A DNA stretch of 64,000 bases from Coleofasciculus chthonoplastes F2-STO-03 (GCA_040222015.1 JAVJWO010000040.1:32001-96000), one strand, 5' to 3'; numbered from the stretch's first letter, positions 30,860 through 41,318 are shown. Translations and numbers: made by a program. The notes: a model not told the origin generated them from the sequence alone.

Positions 30860-31138
30860 TATTCCGGTGAAAGTGAGCCTTGAAGTTGTTATCGAGCGCT
30901 ACTTTCCCAATATCATGCTTCTTAACCCGCTCTTTACCTGTTTAGTTTAACTGTTCAGTTTCCGCCGATTGGAACTACCTCTTAACTGGTCAATTCCAGC
31001 GCATTCCCAGGTACGTACAGACGCGCCGTGGCGCGTCTCTACTTCTCGATAAAGGCTGCTAAGCAAAACCTAGCCGGGTCAACACAGACTTTTCTAAGCC
31101 CTCGCTACAACCCTTAGACTTAGCGACGGGTTGTTGAC
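30860..31138 (-). ncRNA. HEARO/omegaRNA-like structured RNA (IscB/IsrB type), degenerate, no cognate ORF
   Basis: Minus strand starts GTCAACAACCCGTCGCTAAG...GCGAGGGCTT...GTTGACC, then CCTGGGAATGCG, TAAACAGG, GGGTTAAG, GATAACA..AGGCTCAC; similarity judged from recall. Confidence 0.55.
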
Positions 31139-31212
31139 TCGATAGTCCAGCATCTAGGAGACATTGAGAAACACCACCATGAATTAGCTGATTGCACCCA
31201 CATTATTCTGGT

Positions 31213-31524
31213 TTAGTAACGTCGAGAGAATCCATCCCGGTTGCCGCCGCCGCGACGACCACCGCCTCCTTGACCCCGAGGTTCACGAGGTTTCGCTTTA
31301 TTGACTTTCAAATCCCGACCCATCCATTCAGCGCCGTCTAGAGCATCAATAGCGGCAGATTCTTCAGCTTCTGAGTCCATTTCCACAAAACCGAAGCCGC
31401 GCATCCGACCTGTTTCCCGATCCGTGGGTAACTGAACCCGCTTTACTGTCCCGTATTCAGCAAAAATACTGGTGATGTCTTCTTCCGTAGCATCATAGGA
31501 CAGGTTACCAATGTAAATTGACAT
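31213..31524 (-). CDS. rbp: RRM RNA-binding protein (cyanobacterial Rbp, Gly-rich tail)
   Basis: MSIYIGNL (RNP2), RGFGFVEM (RNP1). Confidence 0.95.
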   Translation of the reverse strand: MSIYIGNLSYDATEEDITSIFAEYGTVKRVQLPTDRETGRMRGFGFVEMDSEAEESAAIDALDGAEWMGRDLKVNKAKPREPRGQGGGGRRGGGNRDGFSRRY

Positions 31525-31562
31525 AGAGTATCTCCAAAACCAATGAATGTAGAGACTTATGA

Positions 31563-31570
31563 TTCGGAGA
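31563..31570 (-). promoter_or_regulatory. TCTCCGAA 5'-UTR element conserved in cyanobacterial cold-inducible rbp genes
   Basis: TCTCCGAA ~40 nt upstream of the rbp ATG. Confidence 0.65.
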
Positions 31571-31677
31571 CATGCCTGTCCGTAAATCAAAACAAACGAT
31601 ACAGCCGAATATAAACCTCGCTGATTATAATAACATCATTTATACACGACCCGGCTGACATTCTTCCAATCTAAAAT

Positions 31678-33117
31678 CTAAGCCACCCAAAGGTGCTGGG
31701 AAAATCGAACGGCGAAGCTGAGCAATACTAGAGTGAAAAATAGGAGTGTTGCCCATCCACATCGGGGATAACGAGCCAGCAGCAGACCTAAGGCGATCGC
31801 AAGGGATACAATCCCATAAGCATGGCGTTCAGCCGAAATGGTGCGACCTGGGCTTAAAATCACGGCTAAACTGCACAAGCCATAGGTGACGGCAACAGGT
31901 CTGAGTTTTGTCCGCTGTCGCACGAGTAAATAGCCACCCCCCCAAACCATAATCATATTAATTAACGGATCGCCGGCTAAAAGCCACAGGAGAATTCCCA
32001 GAAGGTAGAAGCCATACCCTTTATCCACACACAGCCGTTTCAGGTGCGATCGCGAGGAGGGTTGAAGAGTGTGTAAGACAGGGTGTCGGATGGGGGGTGT
32101 CGGGTGTGGGGTGTAGTGCGGAATACAGTCTTCGGCACGACTCTGTGAATTCTCCCCAGGACTACGCGATCGCCATAATAAATAACCTAATGCACAAATC
32201 GTGACAAAAATCAAGGGATGCCACGGATCATGAAGCCAACCCCGATTCCAGTTTGCAGTTCCGGCTGAAATTTGCACCAGCATCTTCAACCAGCCCTGTC
32301 CGTAAAACGCTTGTTCAGGTTGCCATGCCTGTTGCACCCGTAAAAAGGCTAGCATGTCCCCAAAACGAATTCCGCAGTAGAGGCTATAGAGTCCTAATCC
32401 CCAGGCAGTGGCTAAACTAGGAAGATACGCGATCGCAGGTCTTTTCTCTCGCCAAGCCACCAGCCAAAATGCTCCCGATAGAGCGATTCCTGGTAATCGT
32501 GTCGCACTGGCTAATCCTCCCCATAACCCTGACCAACCGTAGTGTTTGCGGTCATAAGCTCGCAAAGCGGCTGTACTCAACAACAGAAATAACCCCTCCG
32601 TATAGATTACCGTGCCAAATAGAGAGAAAGGACACCAGGCTAAAACTGCTGTTGTCCAGCGAGCAACTTTTTGTCCATGACTCTCTTGTACCCAAGCATA
32701 GAGAAGAGTTAGCGCCCCCCAAAATGCCAGATTATTGACAACCGTCCCCGCTACGTTAAAGGGCAATCCCCCACTCATTACCGCCCGAACGAATAACGGA
32801 AACAAGGGAAAGAATGCCACATTATGTCCCTGACCATCATTAACATAGTCATACCCTGAGAGCGTTATCGCCTGATAAAAATAACTATCCCAAGCGGAAA
32901 AGACATCCCAACTTACCGTCGGTTGAATGCCCCCAGGTGGCGCAGGCAATAAGGGCGCAATCCCCAGCATTGCGATCGCGATAACCATTCGGCTGAGTAG
33001 CCACATTACCGTAGCAAAAATAACCCCATTCACGTAGATGCCTTTCCCTGATGCCAAACCTACTGATTCAGTTATACAGCCACCCGTCGTCCTTTTTTGA
33101 TTGGGTAGTCGATGCAT
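31678..33117 (-). CDS. GT-C fold mannosyltransferase-like membrane protein (PIG-V/PMT-like)
   Basis: AWDSYFY, VAFFPLFP, YTEGLFLLL; many TM helices. Confidence 0.85.
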   Translation of the reverse strand: MHRLPNQKRTTGGCITESVGLASGKGIYVNGVIFATVMWLLSRMVIAIAMLGIAPLLPAPPGGIQPTVSWDVFSAWDSYFYQAITLSGYDYVNDGQGHNVAFFPLFPLFVRAVMSGGLPFNVAGTVVNNLAFWGALTLLYAWVQESHGQKVARWTTAVLAWCPFSLFGTVIYTEGLFLLLSTAALRAYDRKHYGWSGLWGGLASATRLPGIALSGAFWLVAWREKRPAIAYLPSLATAWGLGLYSLYCGIRFGDMLAFLRVQQAWQPEQAFYGQGWLKMLVQISAGTANWNRGWLHDPWHPLIFVTICALGYLLWRSRSPGENSQSRAEDCIPHYTPHPTPPIRHPVLHTLQPSSRSHLKRLCVDKGYGFYLLGILLWLLAGDPLINMIMVWGGGYLLVRQRTKLRPVAVTYGLCSLAVILSPGRTISAERHAYGIVSLAIALGLLLARYPRCGWATLLFFTLVLLSFAVRFSQHLWVA

Positions 33118-33129
33118 TAATATTAAGGG

Positions 33130-35238
33130 TTAAATTCCGATAACTAATTCCCAGCTTTTAAGTTTCCCGGTATCCGTCGGCACAGAATCGATAACCCTCA
33201 ACTGCCAATTCCCAAAACTATCCTGATTCAGCAACGACTTGAGTGCAGGGGTATTGTCTACGGAATAAGTGTATTGGAGTTGAGTATTGACACCCAATGT
33301 CCGGCTTTGTAACAACGCCGCCTGACCATTGGGTGATGTTAACTCCACGTCCAAATCTCCCAAAAACTCATGTTCAATATCCACCGTCACCTGAATATCT
33401 TGCACTAAACCAGATTCTGTAATTTGAATCGTGCTAGTCACACCACGGGGATTATCATCGGGAATAGCTAAAGTGTTATCATTTCGTCGTTTAATGACTT
33501 GGGTGACTTTAGCCGTTTGCACTCGTTGTTTTTGGGCAGCTTGTACAGCCTTAAATGCATTGACCTTACCATAACCAAACCATTGGGAATACCCATTCGT
33601 ATCATAGGTTCCCAATCGCATCCCCAGTTGGGGGTCAGCATCACGGTCTACAATTTTATCAGCGGTATCTTGCAAGATGCGTTTCACTTGTGCCGCCGTC
33701 AGATCTGGATTAGCGGAGAGAACCAGTGCAGCAACACCTGCAACAACGGGACAGGCACTTGATGTGCCACCAAAACTCTGCACAAAATCCCCAACTTCAT
33801 ATCCCGCCGCTCCCAGTAAATCTGTGGTAAAGATACCATGACCTGGTGTGGGGGCATTCAATTGGGGAGCCGTACCAATAAAGCCTGTTTTCTCAAACCA
33901 TATTCCTGGCGGCGCATTGTTGCTGGGGGCGCAAACTGCGACATTCGTCCCCCAATTACTGTATGCCGCTTTTTTCCTCAGGCTGGTGCAAGCCGAAACC
34001 GCAATCAAATCTGGATGTACGGCGAAACCACTGAGCCAGTTGGTGGGTCCGTGCAGTAACTCATTTGTCCAACCACGCTCAAAGATGGTGCCATGGATTG
34101 GGCGATTGGCATTTCCGGCGGCAAAGACGATCACACAGCCTTTCCCGCCGCGCCCCTCAGTCGCCGCACGGGTTAGGGCAGCCCGTTGCCGTAGGGAGAG
34201 GGGGAAGTAAACGGTTGCCGCACCCCAGCTACAAGAAACGACGCTGGCGTCATTTTCAATTGCCCAGTCAAATAATTCTTCAACACTCGTGTCATCCAGA
34301 AACCCACTGGTGCGAATGGGCATTAGCGCACATCCGGGTGCGACACCGACAATACCCTGACCATTTTCTTCAGCCACGGCAATCCCTGCACAAGCGGTGC
34401 CATGACTTTCACCAGAACCACTGGGTAGCGGAATGAAGTCTTTGTCTTTAAAGTCTTTGGGCGCGACAATTTTTCCGGTGCCTTGAAAATCAGGATGATT
34501 GACATCAATGGCATCATCGGCTATGGCGACAACAATAGAACGATCGCCTCGGGTAATATCCCAGGCTTTTTCGATGTCGATATGAGAATTGGGGGCTAAT
34601 TTTGTACCGCCGCTATGGTTGAGATACCACTGTTGAGGGTATAAGGAGTCTTGGGGATGGTAGCTCGGCTGTTTGGGGACAATGATCTGGGGTTCTGCGG
34701 TTAAGACTTGGGGACGTGTGATCAGTCGATTGGCTATTTTGAGCGGATTCTCTGGGGAATTCGGGGTGAGTTGAAAGATAAAGGTGTTGGGAATACCAAT
34801 GAGCGATCGCACGGATTTTAAGCCAAATTCGGTCTCAATGGCGGAGATTGTGGCGTCATCGGTGTCTGGGTGAAATTGAATCGTCAGTTGATCGCCCAGG
34901 TAAATTAAGGTGGCTGGATTGTCCTTGAGTTGGTAAACATGACTAGCAAAGACAACCTCTTCGCGATCGCGTGCCGCTTGCATCACCTCATCCCGTTGTT
35001 CGGCGTCAACCGTAAATTCAACGAGCTGGGTGCGGGCAATTTGGCGCTGGTGTTGAACCCTTAAAGTTTGTTCGAGTTGCTCGACGGGGATTTCAGGGGA
35101 GCGCATAGTGAAGCGATCGCGCACCTTGAGTAATCCTAGTTCTTCACCGCCCCGTTGCAAGAGCAGACCCATGCTTTCTTCGGGAATCGGCGTGGTTTGA
35201 GGAGAATCATCTGGCACAGAATCAGGATGCGGGATCAT
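33130..35238 (-). CDS. S8 subtilisin/kexin-like serine peptidase with proprotein convertase P-domain
   Basis: AIADD, HGTACAG, AAGN, GGTSSACP; C-terminal IEHEFLGDL...GNWQLRVID. Confidence 0.92.
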   Translation of the reverse strand: MIPHPDSVPDDSPQTTPIPEESMGLLLQRGGEELGLLKVRDRFTMRSPEIPVEQLEQTLRVQHQRQIARTQLVEFTVDAEQRDEVMQAARDREEVVFASHVYQLKDNPATLIYLGDQLTIQFHPDTDDATISAIETEFGLKSVRSLIGIPNTFIFQLTPNSPENPLKIANRLITRPQVLTAEPQIIVPKQPSYHPQDSLYPQQWYLNHSGGTKLAPNSHIDIEKAWDITRGDRSIVVAIADDAIDVNHPDFQGTGKIVAPKDFKDKDFIPLPSGSGESHGTACAGIAVAEENGQGIVGVAPGCALMPIRTSGFLDDTSVEELFDWAIENDASVVSCSWGAATVYFPLSLRQRAALTRAATEGRGGKGCVIVFAAGNANRPIHGTIFERGWTNELLHGPTNWLSGFAVHPDLIAVSACTSLRKKAAYSNWGTNVAVCAPSNNAPPGIWFEKTGFIGTAPQLNAPTPGHGIFTTDLLGAAGYEVGDFVQSFGGTSSACPVVAGVAALVLSANPDLTAAQVKRILQDTADKIVDRDADPQLGMRLGTYDTNGYSQWFGYGKVNAFKAVQAAQKQRVQTAKVTQVIKRRNDNTLAIPDDNPRGVTSTIQITESGLVQDIQVTVDIEHEFLGDLDVELTSPNGQAALLQSRTLGVNTQLQYTYSVDNTPALKSLLNQDSFGNWQLRVIDSVPTDTGKLKSWELVIGI

Positions 35239-35527
35239 GGTTTAGAATAGACTATTCGTCAATCGTACAGGATCATTAAATGATGAATATTTTTCTTTAT
35301 CCTACTTACTCCGGATTTCTAAGAAACCTTCCGGGTATTGTTTCAGTCTACCTGGTTTAGACAGCAGAACTGCCTTGGAATCGGGTCATCGCTGATGGTT
35401 AGTGATGGACGGCAAATTCCCTGCCCTCAAGTTTAGCGATCGTCATCTGACTCCCCTTGCCGCATCTGGCGATGGTAAGATACCCGAAGGTTTCTGTGTT
35501 TGTTAAAATATTATCCCTATTTTTTAC

Positions 35528-36154
35528 ATGGTCTCTTCTGGAACGATTCATAGCCTTGGCTTTACCTGCCTTGTTGCCTTTCCCTTCACGACGAGTGTGG
35601 CGCTCTTATCCCCCGCCCACGCTCAAACTCAAGTGGCTGCGCTTCCAGAAGAGGTCAGCCAAATGCAGCCTGAGCCAGATGATTCTACTGAGCTACGCCC
35701 CTTAACTCAGGAAGATAGCCTGCTGAGTTTACAGGGGGGAGAGCGGTTAATGGTAGAGGCAAATCAAGCCATTGAAGCTCAAGACTATACGTTAGCCTCT
35801 CAAAAACTTCAACAAGCGCGTCAAGTTTTCAACCAATTGTCTAATTTCTATCAGCAGTTGGCTGAAAGTTTTTCGGGAATTGATAACCGGATTTTCAATG
35901 AACATCGGCAAAACGCACTCAAGACAGCAGAAATGCGGGACGAAGCCACTTATCAGTTAGCGTTGGTGCATCGCGCCCAAGATCAACCGGAATTAGCGGT
36001 TCCCTTGCTGATTCAGATCATTCGTTCTCAGAATCCCACCCGTGATTTGGGCAAAAAAGCTTACCAGCAGCTTTTTGAATTGGGATTCGTTGGTTCTCCC
36101 TTCCCCCCCTCTGGCAATAGCGAACCGACTTCATCCGTGACTCCAGAACGTTAA
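35528..36154 (+). CDS. conserved cyanobacterial exported helical hypothetical protein
   Basis: Signal-like N-terminus ending PAHAQ; RDEATYQLALVHRAQDQPELAVPLL. Confidence 0.75.
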   Translation: MVSSGTIHSLGFTCLVAFPFTTSVALLSPAHAQTQVAALPEEVSQMQPEPDDSTELRPLTQEDSLLSLQGGERLMVEANQAIEAQDYTLASQKLQQARQVFNQLSNFYQQLAESFSGIDNRIFNEHRQNALKTAEMRDEATYQLALVHRAQDQPELAVPLLIQIIRSQNPTRDLGKKAYQQLFELGFVGSPFPPSGNSEPTSSVTPER

Positions 36155-36160
36155 ATTAAC

Positions 36161-37569
36161 GTAGCCGCGAAAGTCCTCACCCTCAACGAAGTAGGGTGAG
36201 GATGGACAGCGGGAACCCTTCGACTCCGCTCAGGGTTAAATTGAGGAACGAAATTTCCCATCTTCCGGAAGAACTTACCCTAAATAGTATATACTGGTAA
36301 GAGGATGTGAAAACAATGCGACATCAAGCCGTCAAAGTGAGGCTATACCCGACAACTGAACAGCAAGTAATATTAGCCCAACACTTTGGTTGTAGCCGTT
36401 GGTGGTGGAATTATGCACTTAATTTGTGTATTGAAACTTACCAGGCAACGAATAAAGGTTTGACTCGTTCCGCATTGAATGCACTCTTGCCTAAGCTCAA
36501 GAAACAGGAGGAAACCGAGTGGTTATCTGAATGTTATTCTCAAGTCTTGCAATCTACCACACTAAATCTAGTAACTGCCTATAAAAATTTCTTTGAAGGT
36601 AGAGCTAGATACCCAAGGTTTAAGGCTAAAAGGAATAGGCAATCTATTCAGTATCCCCAATCGGTTAAGATTGCTGATGGTTGCCTTAAGTTTCCCGGTC
36701 GTGTTGGCGTAGTTAAAGCTAAAATACATCGATCAATTGAAGGAACTATCAAGACGGTAACAGTCAGCATGACCCCATCGGGTAAATATTTTGCTTCTGT
36801 GTTGATGGAACTAGAAGGAGATAATCCACCGACTAACACCGATGGCAAGGTAGCGGGAATTGATTTGGGGTTAAAGGATTTCGCTATCGTTAACGATGGG
36901 GTCAAGACCTCTAAGTTTGCTAACCCTAATCATTTAGCCAAACATGAACGCAACTTAGCCAACAAACAACGGAGATTAGCCAGAAAGGAGAAAGGAAGTA
37001 ACTCAAGAAATAAAGCCAGAAAACTGGTAGCTAGGGTTCACGAACGAGTTAGTAATGTCCGCCAAGACTACTTGCATAAGCTATCCAGAAAGCTGGTTGA
37101 CGAAAACCAAGTTATCGTAGTCGAAAGTCTAAATACTAAGGGCATGGTTCGTAACCACAAACTAGCCAAAGCAATTTCTGATGTAGGCTGGGGAATGTTT
37201 GTCAATTTCCTATCATACAAGCTCGAAAAAGAAGGCAAGGTATTGGTAGAGATTGATCGCTGGTTTCCTAGTTCTAAACTCTGCTCAAACTGCCATTATC
37301 AGGTAGCTGAAATGCCGCTAGAGGTTAGGGAATGGACTTGCCCTAGCTGTGGTATACATCATGATAGAGACGGCAACGCCTCAGCAAACATTAGAGCAGA
37401 AGGCATCAGAATGCTTCGACAGGCTCAGCAACATCTATCGGTCTCAGGGACTGGGACTGCTGCTGATGGAGGGGATGTGAGACCGAAGCTTGGACGTAAG
37501 TCTAAGTTGACGCAATCCCCTGTGAAATCAGAAGCTCAGGCTTCTACGAAGTAAGCCTGAGTAGTTCAC
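36161..37569 (+). mobile_element. IS200/IS605-family (IS1341-type, tnpB-only) element
   Basis: Left hairpin CTCACCCTCAACGAAGTAGGGTGAG and right hairpin CTCAGGCTTCTACGAAGTAAGCCTGAG share an ACGAAGTA loop; right end ...GTAGTTCAC; left boundary approximate. Confidence 0.8.
36307..37554 (+). CDS. tnpB: RNA-guided endonuclease TnpB
   Basis: HTH KVRLYPT, RuvC GIDLG / VVESL / HDRDGNA, zinc finger CSNC...CPSC. Confidence 0.95.
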   Translation: MKTMRHQAVKVRLYPTTEQQVILAQHFGCSRWWWNYALNLCIETYQATNKGLTRSALNALLPKLKKQEETEWLSECYSQVLQSTTLNLVTAYKNFFEGRARYPRFKAKRNRQSIQYPQSVKIADGCLKFPGRVGVVKAKIHRSIEGTIKTVTVSMTPSGKYFASVLMELEGDNPPTNTDGKVAGIDLGLKDFAIVNDGVKTSKFANPNHLAKHERNLANKQRRLARKEKGSNSRNKARKLVARVHERVSNVRQDYLHKLSRKLVDENQVIVVESLNTKGMVRNHKLAKAISDVGWGMFVNFLSYKLEKEGKVLVEIDRWFPSSKLCSNCHYQVAEMPLEVREWTCPSCGIHHDRDGNASANIRAEGIRMLRQAQQHLSVSGTGTAADGGDVRPKLGRKSKLTQSPVKSEAQASTK

Positions 37570-37601
37570 TATGTAGAACGTTGAAGAAAAATGGAGTGGG
37601 T

Positions 37602-37862
37602 ATGATTAGTCCAGAGCAAGTTGAGACAATGATCAAAGCAGAACTTCCTGATGCTCAGGTACAGGTACAAGACTTAACCGGCGGTGGTGATCATCTGCAA
37701 GCGATCGTGGTATCCTCCCAGTTTGAAGGCAAAAGCTTGGTAAAACAGCACCAGCTTGTCTACGGCGCTCTCCAGCAAGCAATGGCAAGCGAAGCCATTC
37801 ACGCCCTAGCGCTGAAAACCTATACCCCTGCATCGTGGCAAGCTACCCGTCAGGCTGTATAA
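37602..37862 (+). CDS. bolA: BolA family protein
   Basis: [22 protein letters not shown]. Confidence 0.93.
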   Translation: MISPEQVETMIKAELPDAQVQVQDLTGGGDHLQAIVVSSQFEGKSLVKQHQLVYGALQQAMASEAIHALALKTYTPASWQATRQAV

Positions 37863-37915
37863 ACTCTCGCTACACTAGACCCATACAAAACTACACAAGA
37901 CATTGCAGCAAAGCT

Positions 37916-38239
37916 ATGACGCCAGCAGTTAAAGAACGGATTGACCAGCTCATCAACCAGGACAAAATTGTGGTGTTTATGAAAGGCACCAAACTGATGC
38001 CCCAATGTGGTTTTTCCAACAATGTTGTCCAAATCCTGAATACCTTGGGTGTTTCCTACGCAACCGTGAATGTTCTCGATGATCCGGAAGTGCGTCAAGG
38101 CATTAAGGACTATTCCAATTGGCCCACGATTCCCCAAGTTTACGTGAATGGCGAGTTCATTGGTGGCTCAGATGTGATGATCGAGCTTTATCAGAACGGC
38201 GAATTACAGCAGATGGTTGAAGTAGCATTGGCATCTTGA
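37916..38239 (+). CDS. grxD: monothiol glutaredoxin Grx4
   Basis: PQCGFS, WPTIPQ, GGSD. Confidence 0.95.
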   Translation: MTPAVKERIDQLINQDKIVVFMKGTKLMPQCGFSNNVVQILNTLGVSYATVNVLDDPEVRQGIKDYSNWPTIPQVYVNGEFIGGSDVMIELYQNGELQQMVEVALAS

Positions 38240-38278
38240 TATATTCCCCGTTCTAAGCTAGAAAGCGTAAAATTAACC

Positions 38279-38304
38279 AAAAAGCCTGCTTAAGCAGGCT
38301 TTTT
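38279..38304. terminator. bidirectional intrinsic terminator
   Basis: AAAAAGCCTGCTTAAGCAGGCTTTTT between convergent genes. Confidence 0.8.
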
Positions 38305-38313
38305 CAATCTATT

Positions 38314-38403
38314 AGGACTTACGCAAAGGCTCTATTTGTAGGGTGTGTTAGCGTAGCGTAACGCACCGCAAGCCGCTATCAGTGGTGTGTCTGCGTAAGT
38401 CCT
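38314..38403. mobile_element. short MITE with AGGACTTACGCA...TGCGTAAGTCCT terminal inverted repeats (Nezha-like)
   Basis: 12-bp perfect TIR; internal GTAGGGTGTGTTAGCG..TAACGCACC palindrome. Confidence 0.75.
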
Positions 38404-38537
38404 GTCTATGCTTAACCTAAGAACAATGTAGAGACGTGCCATGGCGCGTCTGGGAGCTACCGGAGATTGGCAAGGATTGTGGCTTAAGTTGACACAGGTG
38501 AAGGGAGAGCGCCCACACCGAAGTCCCTCATCCAGGT

Positions 38538-38789
38538 TTAATAGTAGTCAGTTTCGGGTTCTGGTAAAGGTACGGCTTCAAAGTTGGAGGGATCGCGTAG
38601 ATAACGAACAGCATCTTCCTCCAAGCGATGAATCAAATAAACTTCTATAGCATTACTATGTCGAAGAGCATCAAGATAGCCATCAATGTATAACCGCAGT
38701 TCGTCAAAGCGATATCCCCGGTTCCACATAAAAACTAGAGCATCTGTAAGTTGCTGATAGTAGCGTATGGTTCGAGTGTCTTGAAGCAT
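38538..38789 (-). CDS. conserved cyanobacterial small protein (DUF6761-like)
   Basis: MLQDTRTIRYYQQLTDA...IHRLEE...DPSNF. Confidence 0.75.
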   Translation of the reverse strand: MLQDTRTIRYYQQLTDALVFMWNRGYRFDELRLYIDGYLDALRHSNAIEVYLIHRLEEDAVRYLRDPSNFEAVPLPEPETDYY

Positions 38790-39010
38790 GGTCTAAAGCA
38801 GTGTGAATTCGGTATTTTAGCGTTAGAGTTACTAATTGTCAATTTTTTCAAGTTGACCCCTAGCAACTCTAGCTAGCCCTTACTACTATTGTGCCTTAGA
38901 TCAGTTGACAATGTGGTCACCTGATTGACAGAAATGAACGACTCCGCTCATACTGCGATTTCCATAATGAATCAGCCAACGAAATTTTATATCATAACAA
39001 AGCGATTTAG

Positions 39011-39712
39011 TCAATCCACTAAATGATTTTCCAGGGCAAAACGCACAATTTCGGCTCGGTTGCTGGTTTCGGTTTTTCTCAGAAGACTGCTGACGTATTT
39101 TTCAATCGTTCGAGGACTCAGGTGTAGCTTGTTCCCAATTTCGCTATTGGATAACCCTGTGGTCAGTAACTCTAAAACCTGTTGTTCCCGCTGAGTTAGA
39201 CGCAGTACATTGGATGGGGAGGTGGGGGAGGCGATCGCACGGGGAGTTGATTCGGATTTTGGCAGAGTATCCGGAGTCTCCGGCGATGGGGGTGATTGTC
39301 CTGTATCAGTGGAAGAGAATCGCAATTCGGCTTGCATCATCTGAGACCGTTCCAGCAGATTCCGAATTACAGCACTCAATTCCTTCATTTCAAAGGGTTT
39401 GGGCAAATACAAGTCACATCCTAACTGGTAGCCCTTAATCCGCTCATCAGTACTACTGCGCTCCGTTAAAAAAACCACAGGTAACAAGCGGAAAGCTGGT
39501 CGTTTCCGAACTTGTTGCACAAGTTCATAGCCATTCAATTTCGGCATATTGATATCGGTGACGATTAGGTGAGGATGATACTTGTCAATCAGAGACAGAG
39601 CCTCTTGACCATCTTCTGCCGTTACAACTGAATAGCCTGACATTTCCAGGTAATCGCTCACAGAAAGACGAGTACCTAGGTTGTCATCTACAACCAGGAT
39701 TATCAATGGCAT
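39011..39712 (-). CDS. NarL/LuxR-family response regulator
   Basis: Receiver VVDD...TDINMP...KPF; HTH LTQREQQVL...SPRTIEKYVS. Confidence 0.93.
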   Translation of the reverse strand: MPLIILVVDDNLGTRLSVSDYLEMSGYSVVTAEDGQEALSLIDKYHPHLIVTDINMPKLNGYELVQQVRKRPAFRLLPVVFLTERSSTDERIKGYQLGCDLYLPKPFEMKELSAVIRNLLERSQMMQAELRFSSTDTGQSPPSPETPDTLPKSESTPRAIASPTSPSNVLRLTQREQQVLELLTTGLSNSEIGNKLHLSPRTIEKYVSSLLRKTETSNRAEIVRFALENHLVD

Positions 39713-39764
39713 GAGAATAACTGCAATACAAGCCTATATAATAGTGGAGACATCTAGGGATTTT

Positions 39765-39941
39765 CTAGAGCATCGGTGCGCCCCCCACAGTGGCAACGAA
39801 ATAGGAGTTTGTCCACAGTGTCGGAATTCGACTTTTGAGCCACGAGAATTCTTGCCTGAGGTATCGAGAAGAACGCCCTTTCATAATTCTCACCAGCTTA
39901 GTGATGCCGTACTGCGGATCTATCTCAACGAGAACATGAAC
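39765..39941 (-). pseudogene. tnpA: IS200/IS605 TnpA (Y1 transposase) internal fragment
   Basis: Manual translation VHVLVEIDPQYGITKLVRIMKGRSSRYLRQEFSWLKSRIPTLWTNSYFVATVGGAPML*; no start and no catalytic Tyr helix. Confidence 0.85.
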
Positions 39942-39989
39942 TTGTAGGAATGACCGGCTCTCCTTGCGTCCGCTTGTAAAAGTTAGTTC

Positions 39990-40175
39990 CTATTGACCAA
40001 ACTCAATCCTAGCTTGCTCAACAATATCTACGGTAACGACATCCAAATCCGCTTCACGAGCTAAATGCTCAATCCGTTGTCGAGCTTGAGTACGCACAAA
40101 ATAAGGTATTTTTTTGAGTTTCGCCTTAGCTTCGGGTGTCCAGTCTAAGGTATCTGTATAATTAGCGCTGTTCAT
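39990..40175 (-). CDS. PCP_red (protochlorophyllide reductase C-terminal-like) small protein
   Basis: [19 protein letters not shown]. Confidence 0.8.
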   Translation of the reverse strand: MNSANYTDTLDWTPEAKAKLKKIPYFVRTQARQRIEHLAREADLDVVTVDIVEQARIEFGQ

Positions 40176-40241
40176 AGTTCAATGCAAGCGGGAGACTTTT
40201 CTCATTCCGCTTTGATCTTAACCCAGAGGGGCAGGAGGCGG

Positions 40242-40355
40242 GGAGCTGGGGGAGCTGGGGGAGCTGGGGAAGCTGGGGGAGCTGGGGAAGAGGATTACCG
40301 ATGAACCATGAACAATCAACAAATGACGAATGACAAATGACAAATGACAAATGAC
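40242..40355. repeat. tandem repeats (GGGAGCTGG)n and (GACAAAT)n
   Basis: Read directly. Confidence 0.85.
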
Positions 40356-40394
40356 GATCAGAGCCATTAACTTTTATTGTGCCTATCTACTTAA

Positions 40395-41318
40395 CTAAAT
40401 CCCAGCTAACCAATCGAGTAACATCTGATTAAACTGTTCTGGGCATTCATCATGAGGACAATGACCCGCATTATCCAACTCGATCAACTTGATATTCGGG
40501 TTGAGAGCGGCAAACTGCTGGGCTAACTGGGAAGGAATCATCCGGTCTTGACGCCCCCAAATTAACAGTATAGGACTATCCAAAGTCGGCAAAACTGATT
40601 TGACCGGAGGACCAAATTTAGATGAAGTCATCGCTTTAAACAGCGCACTAAATGTAGCCGCCGCCCCGCGATCGCGAGCAGGGTGGGTGAGAATGTCCAC
40701 TAATTCTGCATCAATAGCGCTAGGGTTGGCATAAGCAAGTCCTGCCCATTTCTGGACAATTGATGGGCGTCGCAGCAGATAAAAAAGACTTTGGAGCACC
40801 ACAGGAGACGCGACTAGACCCTCAACTGTTGATACCACAGGTCTCAGCCAAGTCGGAAGTGCCTCTTCTCGGAGGGAAAAATCTGGCAAATTAACCAAGG
40901 CAAGTCCCTTAACCATCTCCGGGTGAGTGGCGGCTGCGCTCAGAGCCACCAGTGAACCGATTGAGTTCCCCACTAACACTACGGGGTGTTGAATCAAGGT
41001 TCGCCAGAATTCATAAACTTGATTGACCCACAACTCAATCGTATACCTTGTCACAGCTTTGCGCGAACTGCCAAACCCCAACAGATCTAGCGCATAAACC
41101 GGGTAGTTCTGACCCAGTACAGGTAGGTTATGACGCCAATGTCCGATGGAAGTACCAAATCCATGCAGCAGCAGAACGGGAGGAGTCAATGTTGAGTGAG
41201 ACTGCGGTGGACGAATATAAGTATAACGAGTCTGCCAACCTTGCCAAACCCAGTCTCGTTGATTGCCGACTCGTTGCTGCCACGATACCGATGGATTCAC
41301 ACCATGCCTCAACTTCAA
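40395..41318 (-). CDS. alpha/beta fold hydrolase
   Basis: LLHGFG, GNSIG nucleophile elbow, GHCPHDE. Confidence 0.93.
   Translation of the reverse strand: MKLRHGVNPSVSWQQRVGNQRDWVWQGWQTRYTYIRPPQSHSTLTPPVLLLHGFGTSIGHWRHNLPVLGQNYPVYALDLLGFGSSRKAVTRYTIELWVNQVYEFWRTLIQHPVVLVGNSIGSLVALSAAATHPEMVKGLALVNLPDFSLREEALPTWLRPVVSTVEGLVASPVVLQSLFYLLRRPSIVQKWAGLAYANPSAIDAELVDILTHPARDRGAAATFSALFKAMTSSKFGPPVKSVLPTLDSPILLIWGRQDRMIPSQLAQQFAALNPNIKLIELDNAGHCPHDECPEQFNQMLLDWLAGI

Noticed and set aside
33130..35238. S8 protease as a third cyanobactin protease
   Set aside because: Has a P-domain, lacks the PatA/G C-terminal domain, and is separated from the cluster by housekeeping genes
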